Positions 16,111-31,302 of a stretch of 64,000 nt of DNA are shown in pieces. Below the pieces are notes generated by a model that saw only the letters and a program-made list of their open reading frames with translations, was not told where the DNA came from and searched no databases. Position 1 is the first letter of the stretch; the number at the start of each line of letters is the position of its first letter. Source of the stretch: the human T2T-CHM13v2.0 reference genome, Homo sapiens; the NCBI RefSeq assembly GCF_009914755.1, contig NC_060938.1; one strand, written 5' to 3'. The translations under genes and the position numbers were made by a program.

Positions 16111-19100
16111 ATAAAAATATAAAATAATACCTTGGCAAGGGATAATCTAGTAGTATCAATTTTGTTTTCTACTACTAATTTGTTTCATCTGTGTAAGGAA
16201 TCCAGCACAAGTACTTAAGTATATGTAGGAGTCTGTTGAAAAGAACTGAACCGAACCTAATGGATTACACATTTATATGTAATCATACATGTAAGTTTTT
16301 ATGTCCCATGGGATGCTGAATTGCTTTATCAATTTTTTGGAGAAGAGTAAATTTTGTGGGGGCATACTTATTTCTTACCTGAGTTACTGCTACCCCAAAT
16401 ACTGTGCTGTCAAAAAGATATTACGTACTTAAAAAGAATCCAAACAACAGTAGAAAAATCTGCTCTCAAAATTAAGCAATAGAATATGGCACTTATCCTG
16501 ACAACTGAGCAAACCTTTGCTTGAATGGTTTACTGTGGAGCTGATAAAGTCGAGCATTAGTGAGTTGCACATTCAGGACGGTAACATCTACTGATCATGA
16601 AAATAACACAAAGCAAAGTCAAAGAACACTTTTACGGACCTTACATAATTTCAATGAACAGGTTAATCAAGTGAAAAGAATGTTAAGAATCACAGACCTC
16701 TTCAACTTTTCTTCCTGCATTAATAATGCCTTATTCACCTTATTGAGAGTCACCATTAGCGATTTACAACTGAGTCATTTTTTTTCTAGGAAAAAGACAC
16801 AAAACCTCAAGACTTCTAAGGTTTCAAAGGTTGCTGTAAGAATGTGATTCAGCAAGAGGCAAACATAAGGAGTGTTATCTTTGCCTACCAAAAAAGTGCC
16901 ATTGTAGTTTGTTAGCCTTGACAGCCTGAGGAATCTTGCTAAAATATCAAGTTCCAAGGGAAGGTAGTAACTAGTATACTACAGTGCTCACAGACCACTG
17001 TTTTTTTGCTTATAGTGTTGGCACTTGGCACAGACACAACATAACAGATGGCACAAATATATCAATTGTTCTCAATTCAAGAACAGTGTCACACGCAGAA
17101 CTCAATTATGCACATATGGATACAGAAGCCCTTTGTACAAGAAGTTTTATCAGCTACCTCTACATCTGTGCCTTTATTATTTATACCAACAAAGCCTCTT
17201 CAGGAATTCTTTCTGAGGTAAAGCTACTCCCTTTAATTATAAAGCACCAGGGTGATTTGCTCAACACTAAAGACCACATGAAATGGGAAAACAATATTGA
17301 AGGCTGACAACCTGGGCATCTGCCAACACTGATCCCAGAATATCCCAATCATATTCCCCCAAAATACTGATGTAAGATCTTCTTTCTGATTCTCATGTAC
17401 AGGCTGATTAAATTCATAATTAACTCTGCTGGATTCCAGATAGTCTCAAACAGGCTATTGATGAAATTTCCAAAAGATAAATGTCTTAAGGAAATTAGTT
17501 TCAACAGAAATCAACTACCCAAAAGACACAACTAGCTGCTTAGCATGCTGTCTTATAAACACACTGGCAAATTGTTTGTCCCAAAGCATCAAGAGTAAGC
17601 TATATTTTATTGCCTAGGACTGATTTAATTATTGAAGTCAGTAGAACTGAGTAACTTATTCTACACTTTTTAGCATAACCTGCCAAGTGTGTCTGATTTT
17701 CTATCAGAAATTACTTAGAAAGCTTGGTTAACAATGCTTATTGATTTTCACGACCATTCTGAGAGATGGACTTTATAACTCATGAAGGCAACTTTTCACA
17801 TTTATTCAAAGTGGCCCTAGCTCAATTTCATGTCATTACAGTGACACTCACAACTCTGTACCAGTTTTATGTAGGTAGGCATGTAGGTATGCATGTGTGT
17901 ATGTATGTGTCTGCATATTGGTAGTAATAACAGTTCATGATAGTGACACTAAAACACGTAACATAGAATGTGCATTTACCTCCACTTATTTTAATAAATT
18001 TATTGACAGAAAACTTATTTTCAAATGACAGTTCTCTCAAGTAAATGATGAACACTAATATGCCCACGGTGACTCTTTGGGATCACACTGGTCAAGCAAA
18101 CAGGGCTGGGATTTTCATCACTGGTTTGTTTGTCCATGTGATGAATGAGTCCTCTTGGTTAATGCTGAAGCACTGTCACAAAATATTTTGTGATTTGCCC
18201 TGCCAGAGCATAACTGAGAATTCGACACAAAAATGTCTAATGTACAGAATGTTGTTATTCACTATTTATTCATGATATCCACAAGAGCTACTCTTTATCA
18301 GAAACCACGGAGCAGCTTTATAGGTATTCCTCCTTTATGCAGAGGGCAGAAGGCCTGTGTTCTGAGTTTTTCTGAAGTCAGATGCAGCCATGCGTCACTC
18401 ACCACATTGAAATATTGAGAAGGAATTTACCTTGGTGATACGAAAATAGAAAATCATTTTAAGGAGCAACACTCCTGTATCTCACCGTTTTTGTTTAATT
18501 AAGCTCCTAAATATGCATAAGACTAACAAAAAGTTAGAACAATGCCTCCCTGATCTTGAAGGGAAGGGAATGACAGTGAAACTTACAACTATGTGAAAGG
18601 CAACTACTATGTTGCTTCTATGTGCAAAGCAATTTAACCTGGATTAAGTTAATTCAAAATATAATAATATAAAACTGTTAAGGGCCTCAGAAGGGGACAT
18701 CTTCCTTACTAATAAACTGCTATATTTAGTAGGGTAAGGGAACTATATATGCCAAAAAGTGTTGGGACTGAATATTCTGGGGTGGGGGGGTGCGCGCGTG
18801 TGTGTATGTTGTAATTTGCTGTAGAAGTATGTTACTATTATGTAAAGTACAGAGTATAGTATGTTATGGTGAAAGGAAAAATGAGTAATATAATATTGAA
18901 ATTAATATTATTAAAGTAAAATAGTAGTAAAGAGTGGAGAACATGGCTTCTTAGGATGGTACTAGCTAGCAGTGCCATATATGAATGTATGAGAAGGGTT
19001 GTATTTTTTTTTCTTCTCTCTGGTTTATTATTGTGTCCTCAGATTCAAAATGGGAGAATCATGCTGATTATTCCATAAATTATGAAGAAGGAAATAGAAA

Positions 19101-20889
19101 ACTAGAGTCAAATAAAAAGAAGCAGAGTTACTAAGAATTTATATTTACTTTACAGACTGGATAGAAACAAGAAGGGTTGATGGAAAAAATCAAATAAGAG
19201 TAGCATAATTTTGATTCGACAACTGAGACAGCTGTTGCCATAAAGTTTAATTTGAACATAAGCAACTTAATAAAAACTGAAACACCAGGGAAGCAAAGGT
19301 TAGATTCTGACATGTTTGCTGATAGGAAGCTGCTGACGTGGGGCATGGTGACAGCTGTGTTTCAGTTTTCAGAAGATTTAGTGTAGCGGTTGGACACCAG
19401 GGTAGGCATATTATGGTCAGGAAGAAGCTAATGAGTGGCAGAAGGACTCACGGAAAACCAAATCTTAATGAAGAGAATAAATAAGTGCAGCTTTCACATG
19501 CATCAGTGAGGATGCCCTGTGTGAGCTGGAAAGAGGGATGGATGGAGTAGAGCTTTAAGGAATCTTAGGGAGATGTCATTTATCTATCTCTTCTCAGGTA
19601 GAATTGAAATTTGTGTTCTATAATGATTCTACCAGCAGGAATGAGATGTATTTCAGAATAGATTCTTTGAGAAGAGTAATTTTCAACTGTTTCTCCACCA
19701 TGACGCTTGGAAAATAGTAGCATGCGCAACAGAATCCCATGTGTTCTCAGACTAGAGAGAAGGATTTTAAAAGACTGTGCAAAGTACAGTTTCTGGACTG
19801 CTAGAGTAAACTCCATCCTTCATTTTAAAGAAAGCATATCCATGGCATAAGCTCAAATTTGCAATAATCTCTTTTCATTTATATCTACATAAACAAACCA
19901 AGTCACAGATTTTAGTACTTTACATGAATAAAAAATTACTCATTACATGCACTCATAATTCTCTGCTTGGTTATCACTTTTCTTTGTATCTGTCCACACA
20001 ACTCTGAGTTCTAATACCATTTCAAACTTCCACTTTCTGTGTCTATGTAGTTTTCCCCAATTCTGCTAGCAGCTCTTAGTGGCTTGCTCCATTTATATGG
20101 GCTAGGAATACTTGCAAGATAGTGGAAGGAAAATGGAACTCCCCCCACACATATCAGAAAAGGATAGCTGCACTGGAAAAAAAAAAGGGGGGTATCCTTG
20201 TGAAGACAATAAAAAAGACTTGCCTTGGGTAACATGATTTCTCATCAGAGTGAACTCCAGGTACATTTAAACACAAAGTGGAAAGCTCATAATTTTTCAT
20301 CTTGGCAGGTGACAATATGTGACTAATCCATCTTTTTCTTCATGGCTAGAATTATACAATGCTAGTACTATCATAGGAAAGACTAAATATTACATCAACT
20401 TTAATCTTCTGTTGGCAATAGCTACTCAATAAAGATCCAGTAAACTACTGAGTAATTTGCCAGTGGGAAAGGAAAATATGTAGACAATATGAGATAATGG
20501 ATTGCTTCTACTTCTAAAATGACTTCCATATAGATTGTGTTTTTTTCAGATTGAACTATATACAGGCACTTATATATATTCTACACAATTAGCTATCTAG
20601 GCAGGACCAAACCAGATGGCAGAGGAGACAGCTGGCAGGGACCACCAAGTGAATCATGAATATTTCATAAAATCAAAAAGAATTCTCAGAATTTGAAAGA
20701 ACAATAGAGGAGGCTAGCACTTCAACAGCCCATTTAGTTGAACTGAAATTTCTGGTACTAGTATCCCAGCATTCAATTTATCCATATTATGAAATTAAAA
20801 TAACAGCCCCAATTTTTATGTATACAACAAAGTATTTGCTTTTGTCTTTTATAGGACAGGCTGTCACTAAAGAATACTCTTCTATATAA

Positions 20890-21075
20890 TACAATGTTCC
20901 TAAGAGTTCATAGGTTCAAATCCAGACTTTATCACTTGTTAGACATGTGACCTTGAAATGTGTTAACTTCATTTCCCTTAGGTTTCAATTTCAATGAGGA
21001 TAACAGTGCTTAACTCTTAGGTTTGTCTTGAAAATTAAATGAGATATCATATATGAAGCACTTATTATAGTCCCT
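20890..21075 (+). mobile_element. MIR SINE
   Basis: ggttcaaatccagac...atgtgaccttg...attaaatgagatatcatatatgaagcactta. Confidence 0.75.
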
Positions 21076-21707
21076 TACTCCCTCTCAGCTATTACAAAGT
21101 TTCTATGGAATATTAGTCATAAGAGACTAGTTTACTGTGAGAGTAGGACTTGTAAAGCTTTGTTTACTATAGAAATTCAAGTACTCATTTAGTATTTCTT
21201 AAATAAATTACTAGATATAAATCATGAGCATTTAATGAAAACTAAAATCTTCATAGTAAAATTTGTTTAAAAATTCTGCTACAGTTTCTATTCTCCTCTT
21301 GAAAATCCATGATATTCTTTAACAAGAAAAAAATGTTCTGAGAAGTATTGCAAACATATACAGGAAACAGGTAAAGAAACATGTTAACATTTGTTACACA
21401 TTTTCAAAAAATTGTTAACCACTCCTTTTATCTCCTTTTATTTTTGAGGTTCTGCTAATGTCTAGTTACACATTAGAAAATAGGAGTCTTTGAACATTGT
21501 GTGATTTATTAAAAAGCAAGATCAAAGATTAAAAATAATTTATAGTAAGGCTCCTAGATCCAGATAGATAATAAAATACAAATTTTTCTTGGATAATATG
21601 TCAAATGTTACTTTGCTGGTTATAGCAATGTGCTTACTAATCTGATTAAACACAAAAAGGTATAAACATCAAGCTTCTAGTTATTGAATAATCATATATG
21701 GATTAGA

Positions 21708-21716
21708 ACACACACA

Positions 21717-21750
<34 letters not shown>
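21708..21750. repeat. (CA)n microsatellite, one interruption
   Basis: Seen directly. Confidence 0.95.
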
Positions 21751-21753
<3 letters not shown>

Positions 21754-24237
21754 CCCGCGTAAGACACAGCTAGAAAATACAGAAGCAAGAGATCATTGAT
21801 TGTTTCTTTAAAGGATTATGGGATTACAGTGCAAGTATCAGAACACACACTCTGAATTAGGCTTTATCCTCAATGATTTTGTCTGGCTACCATCTGGTCC
21901 TTCAATATGAAATAAGTAGTGGTAATATATTTAACTTGTCTTATTGGGGTCATATGGCCAGACATTTTTTATTATTATGAATGTACTTCCTTTTCTGTCC
22001 TTTCATATTTCTATTTAAAGTTCTGTGGAAATGTCACATAGTTTGACAGGAGCATCAAGATACAGAATAATAAAAGTGAAGACATCCTCTGCCTTAGAAA
22101 GGTCATTTCCTGAGGATTATTTAAATCTTTTATAGAATGTAAAGAAGATCTTATAGTTTTCAGAAAGAAAAGAAATATTATGCTCATCTTGGGACTTAGA
22201 AAACAACTTTTATTTTTAAGTACTGACTTGTCCATTCTATTATCAAAGAGAACACTTATTAAAGAGCAATACCAGCTGTCACTGGATAATTTGCCTTAAT
22301 AGTCTCTAGTATCATCTTTTTGTCATTTGTGTCTTAAGAGTCAAAGCAGCAAAGTTTAGTCATCTATGGCTTGGACATTTAAATTATTTGGAAATTTTAT
22401 ATCTACTAAATGGTACACATGAAAACAATACTTTTTATGGAAAAAGTTAATGATGTCTGTGAGAACATTTCCCAACTTACAACAATAGTTAATCAGTTTT
22501 TCTCCTCTCATACTGGAATGTTTCTAAGGGAAAAATATGAAATTCCTTCATTCACTGAAACTAAAACTTGGTCATTTTCCCTAATGTTTGCAAGAGAAAC
22601 AAAATAGTTAATACAACTGTGTTTTATAATAAACTCCTAAAATTAAAAGTTAATGTTCAAATATTTTGTGCCTTCAATACACTAGCTAGATCACTTGGCT
22701 AGAACTTAGCTAGATCACTATCTGTAATAACACAGAATTCAGGATAAGACTCTCTTGGATCCCATCCAAAGGTTGAAATACAAAAAGAGACTTGATTATA
22801 GGTTAGCATTTTGTCATGGACTCAGAAAATTGCACAGTTGTATGGTCTCACTAGGAGGAGAATAATGGCTTCCAACTCATAATTTCATGATTTAGTAATA
22901 AAAGCTACGCCTAACAATACACTCTTTCTGTCAAAAGATCAAAACTAGCAGATACTTTCAATAGTTGAGGTACACAACACGACAATAAAACTGCTTCCAC
23001 TGACACTGCTTAAGAAATTCTCAATTAAAATCTATCCACAATATGAACATAAGCAAAAGAAAGAAACGAGTGATAATAATCTGTAGTAAATCTAATTTGG
23101 AATTTTAAATTTGGAGGTGGCTAAATTGTTAAAATGTCCACAGTAAAATTAAATCTATATTTTTATTCAAAAGCAAAAATAAAATGTAGATTAAAATCTA
23201 CCAATGTTACCAGAAGACGTTCAGGACTATTCACCATTCAAGTGATTAGTTAAGTTTTGAACAATTTTTTTTTAAATCTCAGTTTTCTTCTTCCCATAAG
23301 GGGACAATTATTGGCAGCTCCATGTTTGTTACAATGAAATGCTTCAGAACAATTAACTAGTAATTTATATACTGTAACAGTTGGTAGAAATCATTTATGC
23401 TTAAATTTATTATGCATTAGAATAGTATAATGTAGTGACTTTTATTTGTATAATGTTTTTCACTCAAGAATAGAATATTCTATCATTCAGATCATTTGTT
23501 GGTACTACTTCATAGTAATTTGATAGAGACCGGAGTTCTCCAGTAATCATATACTTATTTGCACTTTGCCAAAAGCTCCTATAAAATGAGCACAGCTGTG
23601 TAAATTGTTTCACTTTGATATGCAGAGAAATTAAATTTTGAGCTCAGTGCTACAAAATGAATTGTGAGCAAAAATAGCATCCATGTCTCCCCTGATGATT
23701 CCTGAGGCTTGCATGAAGTTGATTAATAGCATAGCAATATGCCTCGACTAAACCTAATCTCTTACATATCATTTAATATTGACAAGTGAAAATGAGTGAT
23801 GTGAAAACATTTTCAACCAAAAGTACTGAAATTGTATACTTCATTCCCCAATAACTATAACTTATACAATCTTGAGCTTTACTTGGCTCTTTAGTTATTC
23901 ATTGTAAATAGTTATCCTTAAAAAAAAAAATTCTTCTCATACACTAGGAAAGTAACCTCTGATGAAAAAATGTTAACAGATTATTAGAAATATAAATACA
24001 TTTTATTATTCTAGCATTATGATGATGCGAGGTATGCTTTTAATAAAATAGCATTGTTTATTAAGCACATTTTATCCATTATTCATAATTGAACAGAGAT
24101 TGCTTGAAAACACCTGGAAGCAATTTGCCTTCTCTATCAACATTTTACTTCCAGAAAGGTTATTTACTTCCTAATTTGGTTTCAAATTTAGTTTGGTTCT
24201 CAATTGTTCATAATTAATAACTATTTATAAATCCTGA

Positions 24238-24677
<440 letters not shown>

Positions 24678-24685
24678 TAAAACTA

Positions 24686-25310
24686 TGTAGTATAAGATTT
24701 TGTCTTGCCCAAAGAAAGGTATTGCCTTTGTATTCAGCTTCTGGGAGGTGTCCATGTTATACGTGATACAAGTGTCTTTGCTTAGGTTGGGAACTGGTCA
24801 CACCCAACAATCTTAGGTTGTAGCACAGACATGCCAGAAGAACCATCCATGTGATTTAGGGAGGAGGCTTTGGGTCAGACCATATCAGTTGACCTGAGTT
24901 CAACCACGGGGTAATCGATCAATCAATCATACCTATATAATGGACCTTTAAAGAAATATCTGAACACAGAGGCTTGAATAAGTTTTACTTGTTGGCAATA
25001 CTCTGCGCATATTGTCACAAATCAGTGCTCGGAAGGTAATGCCCATCCTGCTTCCACCAGAAAAAGGATGGAAGCCTCACACTCGGAACCCTACCAAGCT
25101 CTGCCCTATATGACTCTTCCTTTGGCTGATTTTAGTCTGTATTCTTCCCTACAATAATCTGTAACTTTAAGTACAGTTGCTTTCAATGAATTCTGAGTCC
25201 TTCTAACAAGTTATCAAACCTAACAGTGACCTTCAGGACTGCAATTGGTGTCAGGAGTGAAGACAGTCTGCAAAGGATTGTGTCCTCAAGCTTTGCAGCT
25301 GGACTAACTC
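24686..25310 (+). mobile_element. MER77-like ERVL solo LTR
   Basis: tgtagtataagattttgtcttgcccaaag...caatcaatcatacctatataatg...attggtgtcaggagtga resembles MER77/MER68. Confidence 0.7.
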
Positions 25311-25356
25311 CTGGGCAGAAGTGCTTGGATGAAAAATTAACTAAAAGGCAAACATG

Positions 25357-25391
25357 CACACATACAAACACACACACACACACACACACAC
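25357..25391. repeat. (CA)n microsatellite
   Basis: Seen directly. Confidence 0.9.
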
Positions 25392-26059
25392 TCAAAACAC
25401 TCAAATACATAAACACAGAAACTCAGTCCACACATAAAAATGAACATCAACAGACCAAACCGTAGATTAATAAATATATTTTAATAACTTACTGTCAGTG
25501 CCACGTTACTTCCTCTCATGCCTCTTGCACTATAAATGGATTTTAATAGTCAATTCAAGTGTTGATGCAAAACAGCCTTAAATATAAGAGCAAAACACCC
25601 TTAAGTATAAAGCTTCTAAAATTGAAAATATTAAATCATTAATTGTTTGTCTTGATGAAAAGGTAATAACATAGGGTAGTGGAAATGCAATTAAATATAA
25701 TTCCTTATACTGTGTTCCTTTTTTAAAACACAAAGGATAGCTCCTTTAATCAGTTTTCTGAAGACATCATTTTCAGACCTTGCTCATTACTTTATCCACA
25801 AGTATCATTCTTGTGGATACACCCATATTGGTCAATACCAATATTAAAATAAAAAATTTGGAATTCTGAATTCTAAGTTTATCTTGTTTAGTACAGAGTA
25901 AAATCATACATCTAAAATTTAATGAGTAAAATAGCATTTCTCTGATCAGAGATGGCGATAAATATTTTATGAAAAGGATTTGAGGCATCAAAAAACAATT
26001 TAAGTAAAACAAAACAAAAATTATTTCTATTTACCTTAATTCCATTTTGTTATACTAAA

Positions 26060-26232
26060 TTACTATTACTGGCTATCACATCAATGTCCATTAGAACCAA
26101 TTAGGGAGTTTTTTGATTTTCAGATCCTAATTCATGCTATCCCAAATTGATAGACTGGGCAGAATCCTGAGTTTCTGCATTTTAACAAGCTCCTAGATAG
26201 TACTGTTGCAGACCAAAGTTTAAGAACTACTG
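26060..26232. mobile_element. MER5A-type hAT MITE
   Basis: ctgcattttaacaagctcc...aagtttaagaactactg matches the MER5A end. Confidence 0.6.
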
Positions 26233-26929
26233 ATAATATAAATTAAAGGTTGAAAGACTGGACCTAGCACACTGCTTTGTGTTAAATAAATATGGCAGAA
26301 TTTAAATTAATTACATTTTAGGAAGTTAATGAATTACAATTTCTAAATTAATTTGTCATTTTTGACAGGTAATCAATGTGTTTAAACTATTTCATAACCA
26401 TTGCTTTTTTTTTGACTATACATTTTGCTGAATCCATTATAAGAAAATAAGTCTTGCCAGTTGTTCTGAATGTTTTAATGTTTCATTTGATAATATTTAT
26501 ATCAAAGTATTTTCAGCAGAAACTTCTTCAATATACTTTTATAAATATGAAAAATCAGTTCACACATTTAAAATAAGGAAAAGATTAGTATAAGAAAATT
26601 ATCAAATGTTTGTAATACAATAATAAACATTTATATTCATTTCTTTAATATAAAATTATTTCTTATTCGTCTAACAGGATAAAAATATTTAGAATTAAAG
26701 CAAGTTAAACAACAAATTTCTTAAATTCTGTATATTATATAATATATTTTGTGTAAAGGTGACATGTTTAATTCAGTTGGTTGAAAAAAATGAAGACCGC
26801 ATTTCATTTTTTACATTTAAAAAAAAGCACTGGTCTATATCCAGTGGTCTATATCCATCCAGTGTCTACTCACTTCTAAGCCTGTGGTCATAAAAGGAGG
26901 AAAATGGTAAGTTTATGTTAAGAGTTTTG

Positions 26930-28657
26930 TAAAGTCCTTAAGCAGCATCCTGGGAGATATGAGATAAGTGCCACTATTTTTATAGGTTTTAGGAAAAGCT
27001 TTTTATTGTCTAAGTTTTGCCATTGCTTTCAAAGAGCACTAAATTTCTGCTGATAGGAAATTAAATTCTTACATACTTGAATTATCTTTCTAAATCTCTA
27101 CTCAACATTGTTCGTATCCAAAATGCCAAGGAAAACCAGTGAAAGGTAGACTGCTGCAGGAGCAACAGGGTTCTGAGGTGTCTTGGAAACCCACCAGACC
27201 TAAGCCTTCTGGGCCTCTTTCCTGAGGGAACCACAACCAAGATGTGGAATAGTGCATTGGAAATCCATGGCTACTCCAGCTATGGAAGAGCCAGTGGTTG
27301 TGCAGAGTCCTCTGGGGCTTTGGAACACTGACGTCGTCTCAGAAAAAAAATCAAGAGCCCAAGCCCAGAACATTGTACTCTGTACCAGATCTCAGCGTCT
27401 TTTTGCCATTCTTGTTGGTGAAATATTCAAAATTTGGAATGCTGAGATTTCTCAAATCAATACTGTGGAGATAATTAGATATTGCAGAGAGGACTCCAGC
27501 CAATATTGTTGATGAAATGGATGACACAACAGTTGCATCAATAGGGGCTCACCAGTGATTTAATGCAGACAGTGTCAGTGGTAACCACACTGTGGTTCCT
27601 TCAAAAACATATGGGAAAGTGATGGCCATCTGAGATCTTTTCAGAACAAAAAGAGCCTAGTAGCTTTTAACATCATGCCCCTCAAGGATATGAATGAGCT
27701 TTCCACACATATTCTGGAAGTAGCCAATGCATATGATACTGAGCAAATCTAACAGCAAGGGAGAGCACCTAGCAGCAACCCAGGAATGGGTGAAGTAGGG
27801 AACTTTGGTGGGAATAGCTTCAAGCCAGGAAATAGCTTTACAGTGGCCAAAAACTAGGTGTTGGATTTGATTAAGGTTTGCCCAAGGTTTGAAAGATTGA
27901 GCTTTCAGGATCTTAAGAAACAGCTCCAACACATCTGTAGCCTCAATAAAGGAAGCTGTGAATTTTTCTTAGAATACAGGGATACATTTATCCCACTGTG
28001 AATGATGATCATTTAAAATCTATAGACACAAATAACTAGATTTAATTGGGTATTGGAGATATTTTCCAGCAGGATCTGTTTTCAGAATCCATTGGCTACA
28101 GCTGTGTATATATTTGGCCAGTTGACTTCTAAGAAGTAGGTCTCATGAAAGTTTCAGTTGGCATCCTTATGAAATTGCCTAGTCTTCTGTTTTTGCTTCT
28201 TGACTTTTTTAAGCTCAAAGGAGATTGATAGAGATGTATATACTAGGGCAGAATTTCCCGAAGAAATTACAAATAAGCTTGTTATAACATCAGGTTAGAT
28301 GGAAGAAAAGTGCCACCAACAGAGGTAAGCAGTATTACTTAAATAACATTTGGGGGTTTGTTATTCTTAAAATGTTTCCTTAAAATGAGCAGTACTAAGG
28401 CCCGTGGTTAAAGAGCTAGCTAAGAAACCCACTAACCCCTGCCTATTTGTGTTTCCCACTTTGGTTATTTAGCATTACTGTCAGAATTGCATTTTCTTTC
28501 ACTTTTTTGTTGTTACTGCTGCCAAAAATGCATTTATAGGAACATAAGGTTCTGGAGAGGTGGCCTCAAGGGGCAGAGGAGAGGAAGAAATGTGACTACA
28601 TTTTGTACCAAATAAGTGCATTCACATGCTTAATAAAACTGTTGTATTGTAAAAAAA
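26930..28657 (+). pseudogene. RPA2P: Processed pseudogene of RPA2 (replication protein A 32 kDa subunit); CDS-equivalent 27242-28035
   Basis: ATG at 27242 gives MWNS...SSYG; EKKSRAQAQNIV; [24 protein letters not shown]; [15 protein letters not shown]; QDLKKQL; IYPTVNDDH. Colinear with RPA2 with no introns, several frameshifts and an in-frame TAG; AATAAA at 28632-28637 and A7 remnant at 28651-28657. The 5' boundary is uncertain and the symbol is the family stem only. Confidence 0.95.
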
Positions 28658-29006
28658 TGCAAAAGAGAAGATAAAATGTTTGTTAAATTTATGAGTATTA
28701 CTAATGAAATTCTATTATAATGGGAAGGAAGTAGAGTGAACAAGTTTTGTGTGTGACTGATTTCAAAATCATCAACAATCAAAACTTCTGTAGACACTTT
28801 AAGTTTAAAGGCCAATGGTGATTTTGTTATTTGAAGACTTTTGAATAATCCTTATTGAATATCATCAGAAAAAAAATAAGAAACAAGAGTCAGACATTTA
28901 GACAAAGAAATAGATGGAAGAGAAGGAAAAAAGAGTTATTTTTGAAGAGCCCTGAAGAAGAAAAGGGAAATGAAGTGAAATATCATAGGGCTTAGAAAAT
29001 AATTTA

Positions 29007-29189
<183 letters not shown>

Positions 29190-30784
29190 TCAACTGTAAG
29201 AAGGGTGGAGCTAATGAAGCTATCTTGAGAAACCTAGGGTTATATAAACATACGTATTAGAGGAAAGTTTAGAAATATATTATCTGGACATGTTTAATAA
29301 AGCTAAGTAGGCTAAATAAAGGTTACATAAACTTCTGTATTTAATTTTAAAACTCCAATATCAAGCTCTTTTGCATTTCTGAATCCAGTATGAGACCCAG
29401 AAGTTGAAAGCCAATAAGACTGAGTAACAAAATGAGAAAAGCTCGTGGAAAGTCTGATACTCGTACAAAATTCTTTTTAGTATAGCTATTCTTTGCAAAA
29501 TAAAAATAATTAAAATCATTTTTCAAACCTCTCAGAGAATTTTAAAGTTTATGTTGCCAATTGTGAATACTAAATGAACACTAATTATCCACTACCCATC
29601 ATTATTAACTAAATATGTGTATGATTTTATTTATATAATCTTAATTAGTGGGTCAACTTTTATCTTATTCAAGGTACTTACAAATTGGACAAGGAATTTG
29701 ATGCCTTCATTTCTAACCTTAATTTCCCTTGCTCTGTTTTTCCTATATAATGTTAAGTTGTTCAACTACAAATTGTTCTATCATAAGAAATCTCAGGAAC
29801 CTACCCTTCCCAGTAGGAAACAATCCACTGTTCACTAAATTACTTGTCAATAAAATGATAAAGTGAAATAGAAATGCAGAATGGAATACAGTAGATGAAA
29901 AATATTATCTCTGGCATACACTGGCTATTATTATTTTTATTCACCAATCAATAGTGTTGACTTTTTTAGTCAAATTTAAAATACAGCACCTTAAAATACG
30001 ATTTAAGTATAAATTGTGGAATCAGAAGGCAAAAATTCTACTGTTGTCACAGCAGGTAAAAAAAAAAGCTGTAAAGCAATGCAGTCCACCTATTTTACAA
30101 TATAATGCTAAAAAATGTAATTAAGGTAATAAATTTAAAAAAAAATCTTTTTTTCCAATTCTTGAGATCATAAGCACTAGCAAAAAAGCAGTATTTGCAG
30201 ACACTATTGATTGGTTTTTAAATTAAGGTCAAGTGTTTGGAAAGGTATTGCAAAACTAGATTCATCATTACTAGCCCAAATAGGCACAAAATTACTAGAT
30301 TCTAAATGAAGTGCAATATCTCAAAAAGAAAATATATTTTTTGCACTGTAATTGAAGAGTAGAAAAAATTTTCCCCTGATATTCCTCTTTGCAATTTATT
30401 GATAGATGTATTTGCAGTGAGGTAAACTTACTGTCATAAGTATAACTGAATAAACATGAATCCATCATTATTTAAATATTTAAAGTATTGACTAAGAAAG
30501 AAGGGGGCTGTAAGGAAACAAGGGCAGCCATATCTTCCCTCGTCTGACAGCTTGGAAACCAAAAAGAAGGCACTCCTCCACCCCCTTTTCTCTGGATTAT
30601 CTTTGTGGGTATCAAACTTCATTCTGAAATTTTGAATCATCCTGACTAATATTTCAATTGATGAAGAAATAGCCTGGAAGGGCACACATACCTAACAAAT
30701 TAGGACATGTAAGATCATCTGCTCTGTCTACCTTCACACATGTCTAAGGGGTTGGCTTTCACAAGAATGATACATGCTCATTAG

Positions 30785-31110
30785 ATGTAACACATAGTAT
30801 TTAATTATGGTGAAGTTTGAAGTGAATCACCTGGATTGAAATACCAGCATTGTCCTTTGATAGCTGCACACATTTTACAAGTCATTTACCCTTTACAACT
30901 TTTAGTTATCTTGCCTAAAAAAAACTGCAATTATATGTATAAAAATAAAAATATTATAGCTAAAAAGTTACATGAATATTAGTGGTTGCCATTTATCTGA
31001 TACTTACTATATGCCAGATATATTTAATTCTCACAACACTGTGAGTTAGACATAATTATATCTATTTAATACACAAGGAATTTAAAGGGTAGAAAGCCTG
31101 ACTTCAAAGC
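30785..31110. mobile_element. Two MIR fragments (+ at ~30785-30960, - at ~30990-31110)
   Basis: cctggattgaaatacc...aagtcatttacc; tacttactatatgccag...atttaattctcacaacactgtgag. Confidence 0.55.
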
Positions 31111-31168
31111 ATGTAACTGCTCTAAGGATAATAATAGCTTTCTTGCTTAGGTTCCAGACAGCTGTGAG

Positions 31169-31302
31169 TATATATATATATTTATATATATATATATACA
31201 CACACATATATATGTATATATATATTTATATATATATATTTATATATATACACATATAAATATATATACATATAAATACATATATAAATATATATATGTA
31301 TA
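31169..31302. repeat. Compound (TA)n/(TATACA) microsatellite
   Basis: Seen directly. Confidence 0.95.

Noticed and set aside
18176-18193. 18-bp perfect palindrome tcacaaaatattttgtga
   Set aside because: 9-bp AT-rich arms are expected roughly once by chance in a window of this size and composition
27242-28035. Functional RPA2 or RPA4 gene
   Set aside because: Multiple frameshifts and an in-frame TAG; the MWNS...SSYG N-terminus matches RPA2 rather than RPA4
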